The position numbers and the translations under genes are program-made. DNA of 64,000 bases, from NCBI GenBank assembly GCA_045606105.1, contig JAZURI010000009.1, positions 67,611 to 131,610 of the forward strand. The letters run 5' to 3'. Source of the stretch: Spirochaetia bacterium. Its GTDB lineage: Bacteria; Spirochaetota; Spirochaetia; CADAEX01. Below the pieces are notes generated by a model, which worked only from the letters and a program-made list of their open reading frames with translations, was not told where the DNA came from and searched no databases. Of the stretch, positions 30,046 through 39,655 are shown one piece after another. Every line of letters starts with the position of its first letter. Positions within the stretch are counted from its first letter, which is position 1.

Positions 30046-30645
30046 TCAGATATATTTCTTGATTTCCTTGAGCAGCTCTGCGTAGTTCAGTGCCACAGGA
30101 ACAGATGGGTTTTCTTTTACTATTCTTTCAGGAGGACAGAAGAACATTCCCCCTTCGGCTTCCTTGATCATTGAGAGATCGTTGTAGGAGTCGCCTGATG
30201 CAAAAACCTTTATATTCATTGAGTGGAAACCCTCTACCGCATGCTTTTTTCCGTCCTTCTGGCGGAGTCTGTAGCCGGTAATCATGCCGTTTTCATCCAC
30301 TTCCAGTGTATTGCAGAAAATTGTAGGCCAGTCCAGCTGCTTCATCAGCGGCTTTGCAAACTGGTCAAAGGTGTCGGAAAGAATGACAACCTGGGTCATG
30401 CTCCTGAGCTCGTCCAGGAATTCCTTTGCCCCTTCCAGCGGCTTCATTGTGGAGATTACCTCCTGGATGTCGGAAAGCCTGAGATTGTGCTGCCTGAGAA
30501 TTTCTATTCTCCCCTTCATGAGGACATCATAGTCGGGAATATCCCTTGTGGTGAGCCGAAGCTCCTCGATCCCGGTTTTTTCAGCTACCGAAATCCATAT
30601 TTCAGGTACCAGGACCCCTTCCAGGTCAAGGCAAACTACAAACAT
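30046..30645 (-). CDS. thrH: bifunctional phosphoserine phosphatase/homoserine phosphotransferase ThrH
   Basis: CLDLEGVLVPEIW, TTRDIPDYDVLM, LSDTF and GDSYND motifs. Confidence 0.93.
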   Translation of the reverse strand: MFVVCLDLEGVLVPEIWISVAEKTGIEELRLTTRDIPDYDVLMKGRIEILRQHNLRLSDIQEVISTMKPLEGAKEFLDELRSMTQVVILSDTFDQFAKPLMKQLDWPTIFCNTLEVDENGMITGYRLRQKDGKKHAVEGFHSMNIKVFASGDSYNDLSMIKEAEGGMFFCPPERIVKENPSVPVALNYAELLKEIKKYI

Positions 30646-30808
30646 ATTTCATACTCCTTTTCTGTGTTTTATAACGGTTTATTTATACTAATTATATACA
30701 TTATTTGCAATGTAATACTTGAAAAAAAACATCATAATTTGTATCATAACTTTGTTTTTTCATAACATTAATCACAGAATATATTTATTAAGATAAAAGG
30801 AAATATTT

Positions 30809-32890
30809 ATGGATCTTGAGAAAAAATTAAGAAACATCGGTATCAGTGCTCATATTGATTCCGGAAAAACAACTCTTTCAGAGAGAATTCTCTTCTATTG
30901 CAACAAGATACATGCTATTCACGAAGTAAGGGGAAAGGATGGAGTAGGTGCAACAATGGACTCCATGGAACTTGAACGTGAAAGAGGTATCACAATTGCT
31001 TCAGCTGCCACAAACGTAGTATGGAAGGGAACTCCTATCAACGTAATCGACACTCCGGGCCATGTTGACTTTACAGTGGAGGTTGAGCGTTCCCTGAGAG
31101 TTCTTGACGGAGCAATTCTGGTACTCTGTTCCGTAGGTGGTGTTCAGTCTCAGTCAATCACTGTAGACAGACAGCTTAAGAGATACAAGGTTCCAAGACT
31201 TGCATTTGTTAACAAGTGTGACAGAACAGGTGCAAACCCATATAGAGTAAAAGAACAGCTTCATGACAAGCTGGGCCTCAATTCAGTTCTCATGCAGATT
31301 CCTATCGGACTGGAAGACAAGCTTGAGGGTGTTGTTGACCTGGTTAAGATGAAGGCTATCTATTTCCGCGGAGACAGCGGTCTTGATATTGTTGAGGAAG
31401 AAATTCCTGCAGATCTTTTGGATGAAGCCCAGGAAAAGAGAGAGCTTATGCTGGATGCTGCTTCCATGTTCTCAGATGAGCTTGCAGAAGCTTACCTCGA
31501 AGGTGTGGAAACAGAAGAGATGATCCACGATGCAGTAAGAAAAGGTGTTCTTGCAAGAGAAATGGTTCCTGTATTCATGGGATCAGCTTACAAGAACAAG
31601 GGTATCCAGCCTCTTCTCGATGCAGTAGTAAGATACCTTCCTGCTCCTGAAGACATTGAAAACACAGCTCTTGACCTTGCAAACGGCGAAAAAGAGGTTC
31701 TCCTTAAGTCTGATTCCAGTCTTCCTACAGTAGCTCTTGCATTCAAGCTTGAAGACGGTCAGTACGGTCAGCTCACATACATCAGAATCTATCAGGGAAC
31801 AATCAAGAAGGGTGATGAACTCTACAACACAAGAGCAAAGAAGAAGTTCAAGGTAGGACGTCTTATCAGAATGCATGCCAGCACAATGGAAGATATCAAC
31901 GAGGCAGGCTGCGGAGATATCGTAGCTCTGTTCGGTATTGACTGTGCTTCCGGTGATACATTCGTAAACCCATCACTCAACTACTCAATGACATCTATGT
32001 ACGTTCCTGATGCGGTTATCTCCCTTTCCATCAAACCTGTTGACAAGAAGGCTGCAGACAATATGGCCAAGGCTATCAACAGATTCGTTAAGGAAGACCC
32101 TACATTCAGATGCTATAACGACGAAGAATCAAACGAAACCATCATTTCCGGTATGGGTGAGCTTCACCTGGACGTATATGTGGAAAGAATGAAGAGAGAG
32201 TACAAGGCTGAAGTTATTACAGGTGCTCCTCAGGTTGCATACAGAGAGACAATCTCCAAGAAGGCAACATTCGACTACACACACAAGAAGCAGACAGGTG
32301 GATCCGGTCAGTACGGAAAGGTTGTAGGATGGATCGAGCCTCTTGAAGACAGCAAGGAAAATTACCAGTTTGTCAACGAGGTTAAGGGTGGAAAGATTCC
32401 TACAGAGTATATCCCTGCATGTGACAAGGGTTTCCAGGCTTCACTGGCAAAGGGTCAGCTTATCAAGTTCCCTGTTGTAGGTGTAAAGGTTACAGTAAAC
32501 GACGGACAGTCACACCCTGTAGACTCTTCAGATATGGCATTCCAGCTTGCAGCCATCGGTGCATTCAAGGAAGCATACATGAAGGCAGCTCCTGAAATTC
32601 TCGAACCTGTAATGAAGGTTTCCGTAGAAGGACCATCCGAATTCCAGGGAAATATTTTTGCAAGTATCAACCAGAGAAGAGGTATGATCGTATCTTCCGT
32701 TGAGGAAGGAAACATGTGTCATGTGGATGCAGAGGTTCCGCTCAGCGAAATGTTCGGATATTCAACAGTTCTCCGCTCTCTCACACAGGGTAAGGCAGAG
32801 TTTACAATGGAATTCCTGAAATACGGAAAAGTTCCAAAGTCTGTTTCTGATGAACTCATGAAAAAATATCAGGAACAGAACAAAAAATAA
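30809..32890 (+). CDS. fusA: elongation factor G (mitochondrial EF-G1-like subtype)
   Basis: [45 protein letters not shown] and GMGELHL motifs. Confidence 0.97.
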   Translation: MDLEKKLRNIGISAHIDSGKTTLSERILFYCNKIHAIHEVRGKDGVGATMDSMELERERGITIASAATNVVWKGTPINVIDTPGHVDFTVEVERSLRVLDGAILVLCSVGGVQSQSITVDRQLKRYKVPRLAFVNKCDRTGANPYRVKEQLHDKLGLNSVLMQIPIGLEDKLEGVVDLVKMKAIYFRGDSGLDIVEEEIPADLLDEAQEKRELMLDAASMFSDELAEAYLEGVETEEMIHDAVRKGVLAREMVPVFMGSAYKNKGIQPLLDAVVRYLPAPEDIENTALDLANGEKEVLLKSDSSLPTVALAFKLEDGQYGQLTYIRIYQGTIKKGDELYNTRAKKKFKVGRLIRMHASTMEDINEAGCGDIVALFGIDCASGDTFVNPSLNYSMTSMYVPDAVISLSIKPVDKKAADNMAKAINRFVKEDPTFRCYNDEESNETIISGMGELHLDVYVERMKREYKAEVITGAPQVAYRETISKKATFDYTHKKQTGGSGQYGKVVGWIEPLEDSKENYQFVNEVKGGKIPTEYIPACDKGFQASLAKGQLIKFPVVGVKVTVNDGQSHPVDSSDMAFQLAAIGAFKEAYMKAAPEILEPVMKVSVEGPSEFQGNIFASINQRRGMIVSSVEEGNMCHVDAEVPLSEMFGYSTVLRSLTQGKAEFTMEFLKYGKVPKSVSDELMKKYQEQNKK

Positions 32891-32939
32891 GCTTGTGTAA
32901 TGCTTATTGTGTGATAGAATAATTTAAGGAGGAATTTTT

Positions 32940-33647
32940 ATGGATAAATCAGTAATGAGAAGCAAAAGTCCCCTGCACATTTTGGAAGAATCAGTTAACG
33001 GCGGATTGGATAAAGGAAAGGTAACAGTAATTGCTTCAAAGAAGGGTGTCGGAAAAACAGCATGTCTCGTTCATATTGCTATCGAGAAGCTTCTTGAAGA
33101 CAAGCAGGTACTTCATGTTTCATTTTCAAAACGCACAGACTATATAATCAGCTGGTACGAAGATCTTTTCAACGAGCTTGCAGCCGCAAAGAAGATTGAC
33201 GGTATTTCAGAGCTTCGCGAGGAACTCATGAGAAACAGAGTTATCATGAGCTTTGCACAGAAGGATGCAATCATCGATCAGCAGATTCTCTCAAGCCTTT
33301 CAGCAATGATGGGTCCGGGAAATTTCAAGGCAGATACACTTATTATCGACGGATATAATTTCGACAAGGCTACAAAGGCTGATCTCGAGCTTATCAAGGA
33401 TTTTGCAAAAAGCATGAACATCGAGGTATGGATCAGTGCTTCCCTCAAGTCAGAGGAAAACATTTTCGATGTCAACGATTTCCCTGTAGAGCTTGAATCC
33501 ATCAAGGACGATGTGGATTATATCATTTCACTCAGATTCAAGGATGATGCAATTCAGATGAAGGTTGTCAAGGATGAAAAAGGTGATGTCCTCAACGACG
33601 TCAAGCTCATGCTTGATCCGAAGACTCTGCTCATAGCAGAAAAATAA
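32940..33647 (+). CDS. RecA/KaiC/DnaB-fold P-loop protein
   Basis: GGL.KG..TVI ASKKGVGKT (Walker A-like), VLHVSF, LIIDG (Walker B-like); AAGGAGG SD. Confidence 0.7.
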   Translation: MDKSVMRSKSPLHILEESVNGGLDKGKVTVIASKKGVGKTACLVHIAIEKLLEDKQVLHVSFSKRTDYIISWYEDLFNELAAAKKIDGISELREELMRNRVIMSFAQKDAIIDQQILSSLSAMMGPGNFKADTLIIDGYNFDKATKADLELIKDFAKSMNIEVWISASLKSEENIFDVNDFPVELESIKDDVDYIISLRFKDDAIQMKVVKDEKGDVLNDVKLMLDPKTLLIAEK

Positions 33648-33657
33648 AAAAACCGAC

Positions 33658-33686
33658 AGGCACTTCTCTGAAGTGCCTTTTTTTTT
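33658..33686 (+). terminator. intrinsic terminator
   Basis: AGGCACTTC-TCT-GAAGTGCCT followed by a T-run. Confidence 0.8.
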
Positions 33687-33700
33687 GTATAAATTAAAAC

Positions 33701-34348
33701 ATGAAGAAAATAGCTGTATTGATTACTCTTCTTCTGGGGCTGACAGGTGCTGCTTACGGAGACGGAGGCTTTTACATAACTCCCATAACAGAGGGGATTT
33801 ATCAGAGAATAATAGGCAAATCCCTTAAACCGGGAGCGCTGATCAAGGAAAGTGACCTCAGGTATGTCCATGTGCTGCATGTGGATTTTGACGGAAATAC
33901 AGCCTCCGGAGAGCTTATCTGCAACAGGGCTGTGGCCGATGACATAATGTCGGTTTTCATGGAGCTGTATGAGGCAGGGTATCCCATAGAAAAAATCCGT
34001 CTGGTGGATGAGTACGATGCCGATGACGAACTGTCGATGCAGGACAACAATTCCTCATGCTTCAATTACAGGGTAGTGAAGGGAACCACCAGGGTTTCCA
34101 ACCACGGTAAGGGTGCTGCCGTAGATATAAATCCGCTTTACAATCCCTGTGTCAGGGTAAAAAGCGACGGTCAGATTACGGTGGAGCCTGCAGACGGACT
34201 TCCATATACAGACCGCAGCAGGGATTTTCCCCACAAGATAGATGAGAACGATATCTGTTACAGGATTTTTAAAAAGTACGGCTTCCAATGGGGCGGCTCA
34301 TGGAGCAACCCCAAGGATTACCAGCATTTCGAAAAAATTATACGTTAA
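33701..34348 (+). CDS. M15 family peptidase (D,D-carboxypeptidase-like), exported
   Basis: Signal peptide; SNHGKGAAVDINP, GFQWGG.W and DYQHFE motifs. Confidence 0.88.
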   Translation: MKKIAVLITLLLGLTGAAYGDGGFYITPITEGIYQRIIGKSLKPGALIKESDLRYVHVLHVDFDGNTASGELICNRAVADDIMSVFMELYEAGYPIEKIRLVDEYDADDELSMQDNNSSCFNYRVVKGTTRVSNHGKGAAVDINPLYNPCVRVKSDGQITVEPADGLPYTDRSRDFPHKIDENDICYRIFKKYGFQWGGSWSNPKDYQHFEKIIR

Positions 34349-35441
34349 AGCGGAAATGCATTACATCTCCGTCCTTGACCACATATTCCTTTCCTTCGAT
34401 ACGGAGCTTTCCGGCCAGCTTTATCTGCTGCTCGGTCTTTAATTCCATGATGTCATCGTAGCTGTAGACCTCGGCCTTGATGAAGCCCTTTTCAAAGTCG
34501 GTATGGATAACACCGGCTGCCTGAGGCGCCTTGTCTCCGTCGTGGAATGTCCAGGCACGACATTCGTCTTCACCGGCTGTAAAGAAGGTTCTGAGACCCA
34601 GCAGGTTGTATGCCGCATGGATAAGCTTTACCAGCCCTGATTCCTCAAGTCCTGCCATTTCCAGGAATTCTGCCCTTTCTTCCTCTGTTTCCAGCATGGA
34701 GATTTCAGATTCCAGCTTTCCGCAGACAACAATGGCGGCAGAGCCCTCTTTTGCTGCTATTTCTTCAACGATTTTTGAATATTGGTTTCCTTCCTTTACC
34801 GATTCCTCATCCACATTGCAGACATAAAGCTGCTTTTTCATGGTAATAAGGTGCATGTCCCTGATTATGGCCAGCTGGTCTGCGTTGAATTCAACCGATC
34901 TGGCAGGCTTTCCGTTTCCCAGGGTTTCGGAAAGAACGGCACAGATTTCCAGCTCCATCTTTGCCTCTTTTGCAGAGTCCTTGGATTTGAGCATCTTTTC
35001 TGCCCGGAGCTTTCTTTTTTCCACTGTTTCCAGGTCTGCCAGGGCCAGCTCTATATTGATGGTTTCGATATCTGATGCAGGATCTACCTTTCCGCTTACA
35101 TGGACTATATCCCCGTCCTCAAAGCAGCGTACCACATGGGCAATAACCCCCACCTGTCTTATGTGTGAAAGAAACTTGTTTCCCAGCCCTTCACCCTTGG
35201 AGGCACCGCCTACCAATCCTGCAATATCAACAAATTCCACAATGGCGGGAACAGTTTTTTTCGGATTGAAAAGAGCTGAAAGGTTGTCGAGTCTCTTGTC
35301 AGGCATGCTTACAACGCCTGTATTAGGTTCGATAGTACAGAAAGGGTAGTTGGCCGCTTCTGCCGGAGCTGCCGTAACAGCTGAAAAAATTGTTGACTTC
35401 CCTACATTTGGAAGTCCTACTATACCGCAATTAAGTCCCAT
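34338..35441 (-). CDS. ychF: redox-regulated ATPase YchF
   Basis: GIVGLPNVGKST, NYPFCTIEPN, DIAGLV and C-terminal TGS domain. Confidence 0.97.
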   Translation of the reverse strand: MGLNCGIVGLPNVGKSTIFSAVTAAPAEAANYPFCTIEPNTGVVSMPDKRLDNLSALFNPKKTVPAIVEFVDIAGLVGGASKGEGLGNKFLSHIRQVGVIAHVVRCFEDGDIVHVSGKVDPASDIETINIELALADLETVEKRKLRAEKMLKSKDSAKEAKMELEICAVLSETLGNGKPARSVEFNADQLAIIRDMHLITMKKQLYVCNVDEESVKEGNQYSKIVEEIAAKEGSAAIVVCGKLESEISMLETEEERAEFLEMAGLEESGLVKLIHAAYNLLGLRTFFTAGEDECRAWTFHDGDKAPQAAGVIHTDFEKGFIKAEVYSYDDIMELKTEQQIKLAGKLRIEGKEYVVKDGDVMHFRFNV

Positions 35442-35499
35442 GAAAATATAGTAATGAAAAACAGGTGATTTTGCAATAGTTGTATGTTATAATACCCTT

Positions 35500-36564
35500 A
35501 TGGAAAGAGCCGTGATAGTATATGTGGTATCGGGGGAAGAGGTTCTTCTGATAAGGAAAAAGCGGGGTCTGGGACAGGGAAAGATCAATGCTCCGGGGGG
35601 ACATATCGAACCGGGAGAAACTCCTGTTCAGGCAGCAGTCAGGGAATGTATCGAGGAAACCGGAATTACTCCGGTGGAGCCTCATCTCAGAGGATTCCTT
35701 AACTTCAGGTTCAAGGACGGGCTTCTGCTACGTGGATATGTTTTCATTGCTTACGGTTTTTACGGAGAAATGAAGGAAAGTGACGAGGCTGCCCCTTTCT
35801 TCTGCCCTCTGGACAAGCTTCCGTATGAAGAGATGTGGGAGGATGACAGACTCTGGCTTCCGGCCCTTTTTGAAGGAAAGACCTTTCTGGGAGACTTCAT
35901 CTTTGACGGCGACTCCATGGGGGAGAACCGGCTGCAGATCTTTGAAAAAGGGGCCGGAAAAAGGATTCTCTGCTTCGGAAGCTCCACTACCTGGGGATAT
36001 GATTACAGGGACGGCAGCCGGTTCGGATATGACACAAGATGGCCGGGTGCCATGACGCAATATCTTCCCGACAGCTTTTCCGTAACCGAAAACGGGGTCT
36101 GCGGCCGCACGGTTCTGGACCATATGCCCTATAATGTTCCCACAAACGGCTATACTGCCTTGTCAGAAGCGATAATGAATGATAAATATGATGGTGTGAT
36201 TATTTTCCTCGGAACCAATGACCTGTTTGCAGATCGGGGTATTTCTGTGGGTGAAATAGGAAAGGGGATTGAAAGGATGATTTCCCTTATCCGTGAAAAA
36301 ATGCCGGATGCCAGGATTTTCATAGCTTCGCCTGTTCCCGTGGAAGGGGATTTTGAGGCTGCCTGCATCTATGAAAGCGAGCTGAACAAGTCAAGAAGAT
36401 TGCCGGAGGTGTACAGGAGCACCGCAGAGAAAAACGGATGCACCTTCATGGAGGCAGGCAGCTTTGTTTCGGCCCTGGGAACAGACGGAATCCATTTCGA
36501 CGGGGAAGCTCACAGGAGACTTGGTATGTATTTTGCTGATTTGCTGGATTTGACAAAATGGTAG
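35500..36564 (+). CDS. NUDIX hydrolase (MTH1/MutT-like) fused to SGNH/GDSL hydrolase
   Basis: PGGHIEPGET..AAVRECIEETG and MWEDD.LWLP, then ILCFGSSTTWG, NG..GRT, LGTND, DGIHF in one ORF. Confidence 0.85.
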   Translation: MERAVIVYVVSGEEVLLIRKKRGLGQGKINAPGGHIEPGETPVQAAVRECIEETGITPVEPHLRGFLNFRFKDGLLLRGYVFIAYGFYGEMKESDEAAPFFCPLDKLPYEEMWEDDRLWLPALFEGKTFLGDFIFDGDSMGENRLQIFEKGAGKRILCFGSSTTWGYDYRDGSRFGYDTRWPGAMTQYLPDSFSVTENGVCGRTVLDHMPYNVPTNGYTALSEAIMNDKYDGVIIFLGTNDLFADRGISVGEIGKGIERMISLIREKMPDARIFIASPVPVEGDFEAACIYESELNKSRRLPEVYRSTAEKNGCTFMEAGSFVSALGTDGIHFDGEAHRRLGMYFADLLDLTKW

Positions 36565-36884
36565 GATTCGATTTTTCAAAAAAAAGCCACAGGATATTTG
36601 CTGTAGCTTCGGGACTGTTTTTTCTGATTCCCCTGGGAATATTCTATTTTATCTATAATCCCGTAATGAACTACTGCCAGGAGCATTATCTCCAGCCTCT
36701 GTATGCCTACATGATGAGCCGGGATGTAAGCTTCGATTTCGCACTGAATACAAGAATCCTTCTCAAGGGCTTTATCTTTACCGTGCTGCTGTGCCTGTGC
36801 TGGTTTCCATTTACCCTGGCTGCCAGATACCTTTATTACAGGCTTATCCTGAATGTCCGTAAACCGGGGCTTCTGGAAAAGTAG
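36558..36884 (+). CDS. hypothetical membrane protein (2 TM)
   Basis: Two hydrophobic segments; start overlaps the upstream gene. Confidence 0.6.
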   Translation: MVGFDFSKKSHRIFAVASGLFFLIPLGIFYFIYNPVMNYCQEHYLQPLYAYMMSRDVSFDFALNTRILLKGFIFTVLLCLCWFPFTLAARYLYYRLILNVRKPGLLEK

Positions 36885-36888
36885 TCTT

Positions 36889-37860
36889 TCAGATCTGCTC
36901 TATATATTTTGCCGCATCCATCTTGCACATCTTATCCTTGCCGAAAAGACTGACGAGACGGGCATCCTTGGGACCTCTGTCCCCTCTGGTGACAATATCC
37001 TTTATCTTGTCCTTGTAGTTGAGGAAAAGAGCCAGGTTATCCCTGTCGGTGGCAGGAAATCCATAGCCTATGAAATTGATTTCATCAGCCATTTCCAGAT
37101 ATCTCAGTGCTATGTTCCAGATAACATTGTAGAAGCTTCCCTCAAAATAGTTCTGCTTTGAGAAGGCCATGGGAATGAATACCGGAATATCGCCGTGGTG
37201 GATAAGGTCCCTGCTTGCATCATCGTAATCCGACCTGTAAACATTGTCCACATTGCACTCGTCGCTGCCCGGAGAACGGAACCAGTTGAAGGAGCCGTGA
37301 AGCTTTATGTACCTGAATTTCTTCTTTCCTGTTTCGGGAATCATCTCCTTGCCGAAGTAGCTGTTCAGCTTGATCATGTAATCCAGCTCCACATCTTCAA
37401 AGAGGTTTCTCTTGAAAAGGCTCTCTATGAGAAGGTCGTAGTTGAAGGTTATTACCAGGCTCTTGTGTCCGTTTTCATCGGGAGTGGCACATTTTCTGAT
37501 GAAGTTTATGAGAAGCTGCTCCTTGTCGCTGTCAACATCATGGGCTCCGGAATGGATATTCTCATGAATCCAGTGAAGAAGCTGGTTCTGGAGAATCTGG
37601 AAATAGAGCTGGCTGTCGTTGTTGTAGAAAAGGCGCCGGCCCAGAATAAGGGAGGTGATGCTCTCCACCGACATCAGCTCCGGAGAGTTGTTGGACTGCC
37701 TCTCCAGATTTGAGATGAATTCCATGAGCTCCGGATATTTTCTGTTGTTATGTTTTTTCAGCTTGTTTGAAAGCTCCCTCATGGCAGGCATTTTCTTGGC
37801 CATGGATTTTGAAAAGCCGGAGCCGAGGATATATATTCTTTTGTAGACTTCTGTTTTCAC
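36889..37860 (-). CDS. SIR2-like domain protein (SIR2_2 type)
   Basis: ILGSGFS..MP, ITFNYDLLIE, KLHGSFNW and FIGYGFP.TD motifs; GTG start overlaps the cobB stop. Confidence 0.82.
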   Translation of the reverse strand: MKTEVYKRIYILGSGFSKSMAKKMPAMRELSNKLKKHNNRKYPELMEFISNLERQSNNSPELMSVESITSLILGRRLFYNNDSQLYFQILQNQLLHWIHENIHSGAHDVDSDKEQLLINFIRKCATPDENGHKSLVITFNYDLLIESLFKRNLFEDVELDYMIKLNSYFGKEMIPETGKKKFRYIKLHGSFNWFRSPGSDECNVDNVYRSDYDDASRDLIHHGDIPVFIPMAFSKQNYFEGSFYNVIWNIALRYLEMADEINFIGYGFPATDRDNLALFLNYKDKIKDIVTRGDRGPKDARLVSLFGKDKMCKMDAAKYIEQI

Positions 37861-38597
37861 TTTAAGTTTTCCTTTATATAGCTGAATACTGTCTCAAGAT
37901 CCCTGAAGCGGAGTGCCGCAAGATAATCCAGAGGTGTATCCATATCGTTTACTATTACCAGCTTACCGCCGTTTCTTACGGAATATCCGGGGAAGGAGGC
38001 TGCAGGGTAGACTACCAGGGTAGAGCCCAGGACTATCATCAGGTCTGCTGCCGAGGCCTCCCTTATTGCCTCTTCCACAGCCCTCGGTGGGAGTGCTTCT
38101 CCGAAAAATGTGATATCAGGCTTTATCTTTCCACCGCAGCTGCAGAAAGGAACAGTATCCTTTTTCACTGTTTCGGCAATGGTTTCAAAGGAGTATTTCC
38201 TGCCGCATTTAAGGCACCTGTGAACAGACGGGGAGCCATGGACCTCTATTACCTTTTCCGAACCTCCCTTCTGGTGCAGCAGGTCTATGTTCTGGGTAAT
38301 CACAGCCTTTACAATGCCCATTTTTTCCAGTCTTGCCAGCTCGGTATGGACTATGGCAGGCTCCTTCATGTCCAGATTGTAGATGAAATCCTTTGCAGCC
38401 CTGTAATAAAAGGAGGGATCTATGTGAAAATATTCTATGTCAAAAATTTTATCAGCATCGATTCCGGCTGTATTATAGATTCCGTTCTTCCCTCGGAAAT
38501 CCCTGATTCCTGCCAGCGTGGAAACACCGGCTCCGGTAAATACAACACAATGGCGGGACTTTTTCAAAAGCTCCGTCAGTTCCCTGAGTTTCTCCAT
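37857..38597 (-). CDS. cobB: NAD-dependent protein deacylase (sirtuin)
   Basis: FTGAGVST.AGI.DFRG, ITQNIDLLH, EVHGS, CxxC/CxC, KPDITFFGE and GSTLVVYPAA motifs; real start ATG 38597. Confidence 0.93.
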   Translation of the reverse strand: MEKLRELTELLKKSRHCVVFTGAGVSTLAGIRDFRGKNGIYNTAGIDADKIFDIEYFHIDPSFYYRAAKDFIYNLDMKEPAIVHTELARLEKMGIVKAVITQNIDLLHQKGGSEKVIEVHGSPSVHRCLKCGRKYSFETIAETVKKDTVPFCSCGGKIKPDITFFGEALPPRAVEEAIREASAADLMIVLGSTLVVYPAASFPGYSVRNGGKLVIVNDMDTPLDYLAALRFRDLETVFSYIKENLK

Positions 38598-38664
38598 ACC
38601 TATATGATAATGGCAAAGGCTTGTTTTAGCAAGTTTTTTGATATATGATAATTCAGGAGAGTAA

Positions 38665-39282
38665 ATGAAAGAGACATTTTCACTGCTGGATTTTTTTACC
38701 ATGGGCGGTCCCGTAATGTGGCCGTTGGCTCTTTTTTCCGTAATGGTTCTGGCTGTTACGCTGGAGCGTCTTGTTTTTTTCCTTTCCCGGGATTTCAGGA
38801 CCCATGACCTTGCCGGAAGAATCTGTGAAAATCCTTCATCAGGACTCTCTGTTCTGGATAATGAGAAAAGCAGACGGTTCTGTATTCCTGCCTTCAGGGC
38901 TGTACTGGAGGATAATAACCTTGATGCAGCTGAAAAAAAGTGCAGCGCTGTGGCTTCCGCCCTTGCGGAGCAGACATACCGGAACCTGACATTTCTTTCG
39001 GCCCTGGCTACCATAGCTCCGGTTACAGGCTTCCTGGGTACGGTAACGGGAATGATATCTGCATTCATGGCCATTGCACAGGCCGACAGCATCAGTGCCG
39101 GACTTGCAGCCACCGGAATTTTCCAGGCCCTGATAACCACAGCCTTCGGACTTTTCATAGCTGTGGCAGCAACTGTTTCATATCATATTTTTTCCGCTGT
39201 TTCAGACCGGTTTGCCGCCTCTCTTGAAAACAGCTGCAATCTCATACTGGCCGCAAGAAATGAAAATAAGAGCAAGGAATAA
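38665..39282 (+). CDS. exbB: MotA/TolQ/ExbB proton channel protein
   Basis: GGPVMWPL, AP..GFLGTVTGMI.AF and GI..AL.TTAFGL motifs. Confidence 0.88.
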   Translation: MKETFSLLDFFTMGGPVMWPLALFSVMVLAVTLERLVFFLSRDFRTHDLAGRICENPSSGLSVLDNEKSRRFCIPAFRAVLEDNNLDAAEKKCSAVASALAEQTYRNLTFLSALATIAPVTGFLGTVTGMISAFMAIAQADSISAGLAATGIFQALITTAFGLFIAVAATVSYHIFSAVSDRFAASLENSCNLILAARNENKSKE

Positions 39283-39655
39283 AAAAAAGGGAATTTTCGG
39301 TGATACCGGGATTTTCAGCGATCTCGCCTTTCTGCTGCTTATCTTTTTTCTGGCAGTGGGAACCTTTGTACCTCTGCACGGAATTGCAAGCCATACCGGT
39401 TCTGCCGTCAGTGACAAGACCGGAATTGAGCTGATTCTGGACAGGGAAGGCTTTGTTTATGAGGGCAAGAGGGTTACCACCTTCATGGCAGGACAGAAGG
39501 TATCGGCCGGACTGGTTGCCGGAAAGGATATTCCGGTGATTCTTCTTGTGAAGGGCGATGTGGCGTATCAGCAGGTGGTGGATGCCGTAGGGCTTCTGAA
39601 AAAGTGGGGAGCAGGGGATTTTTCCCTCTCCCTTCTAGAAGAAATCAGAAAATAA
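39260..39655 (+). CDS. exbD: ExbD/TolR family protein
   Basis: ATG 39260; FSDLAFLLLIFFL TM with conserved Asp; D..YQ.VV. Confidence 0.8.
   Translation: MKIRARNKKKGIFGDTGIFSDLAFLLLIFFLAVGTFVPLHGIASHTGSAVSDKTGIELILDREGFVYEGKRVTTFMAGQKVSAGLVAGKDIPVILLVKGDVAYQQVVDAVGLLKKWGAGDFSLSLLEEIRK

Noticed and set aside
30732-30765. Three TCATAA direct repeats in the fusA promoter region
   Set aside because: Irregular spacing (12 and 16 nt) in very AT-rich DNA; cannot be distinguished from chance.
38598-39158. 187-aa N-terminal extension of the sirtuin in the ORF track
   Set aside because: It is antisense to exbB; sirtuin homology and a promoter begin at ATG 38597.
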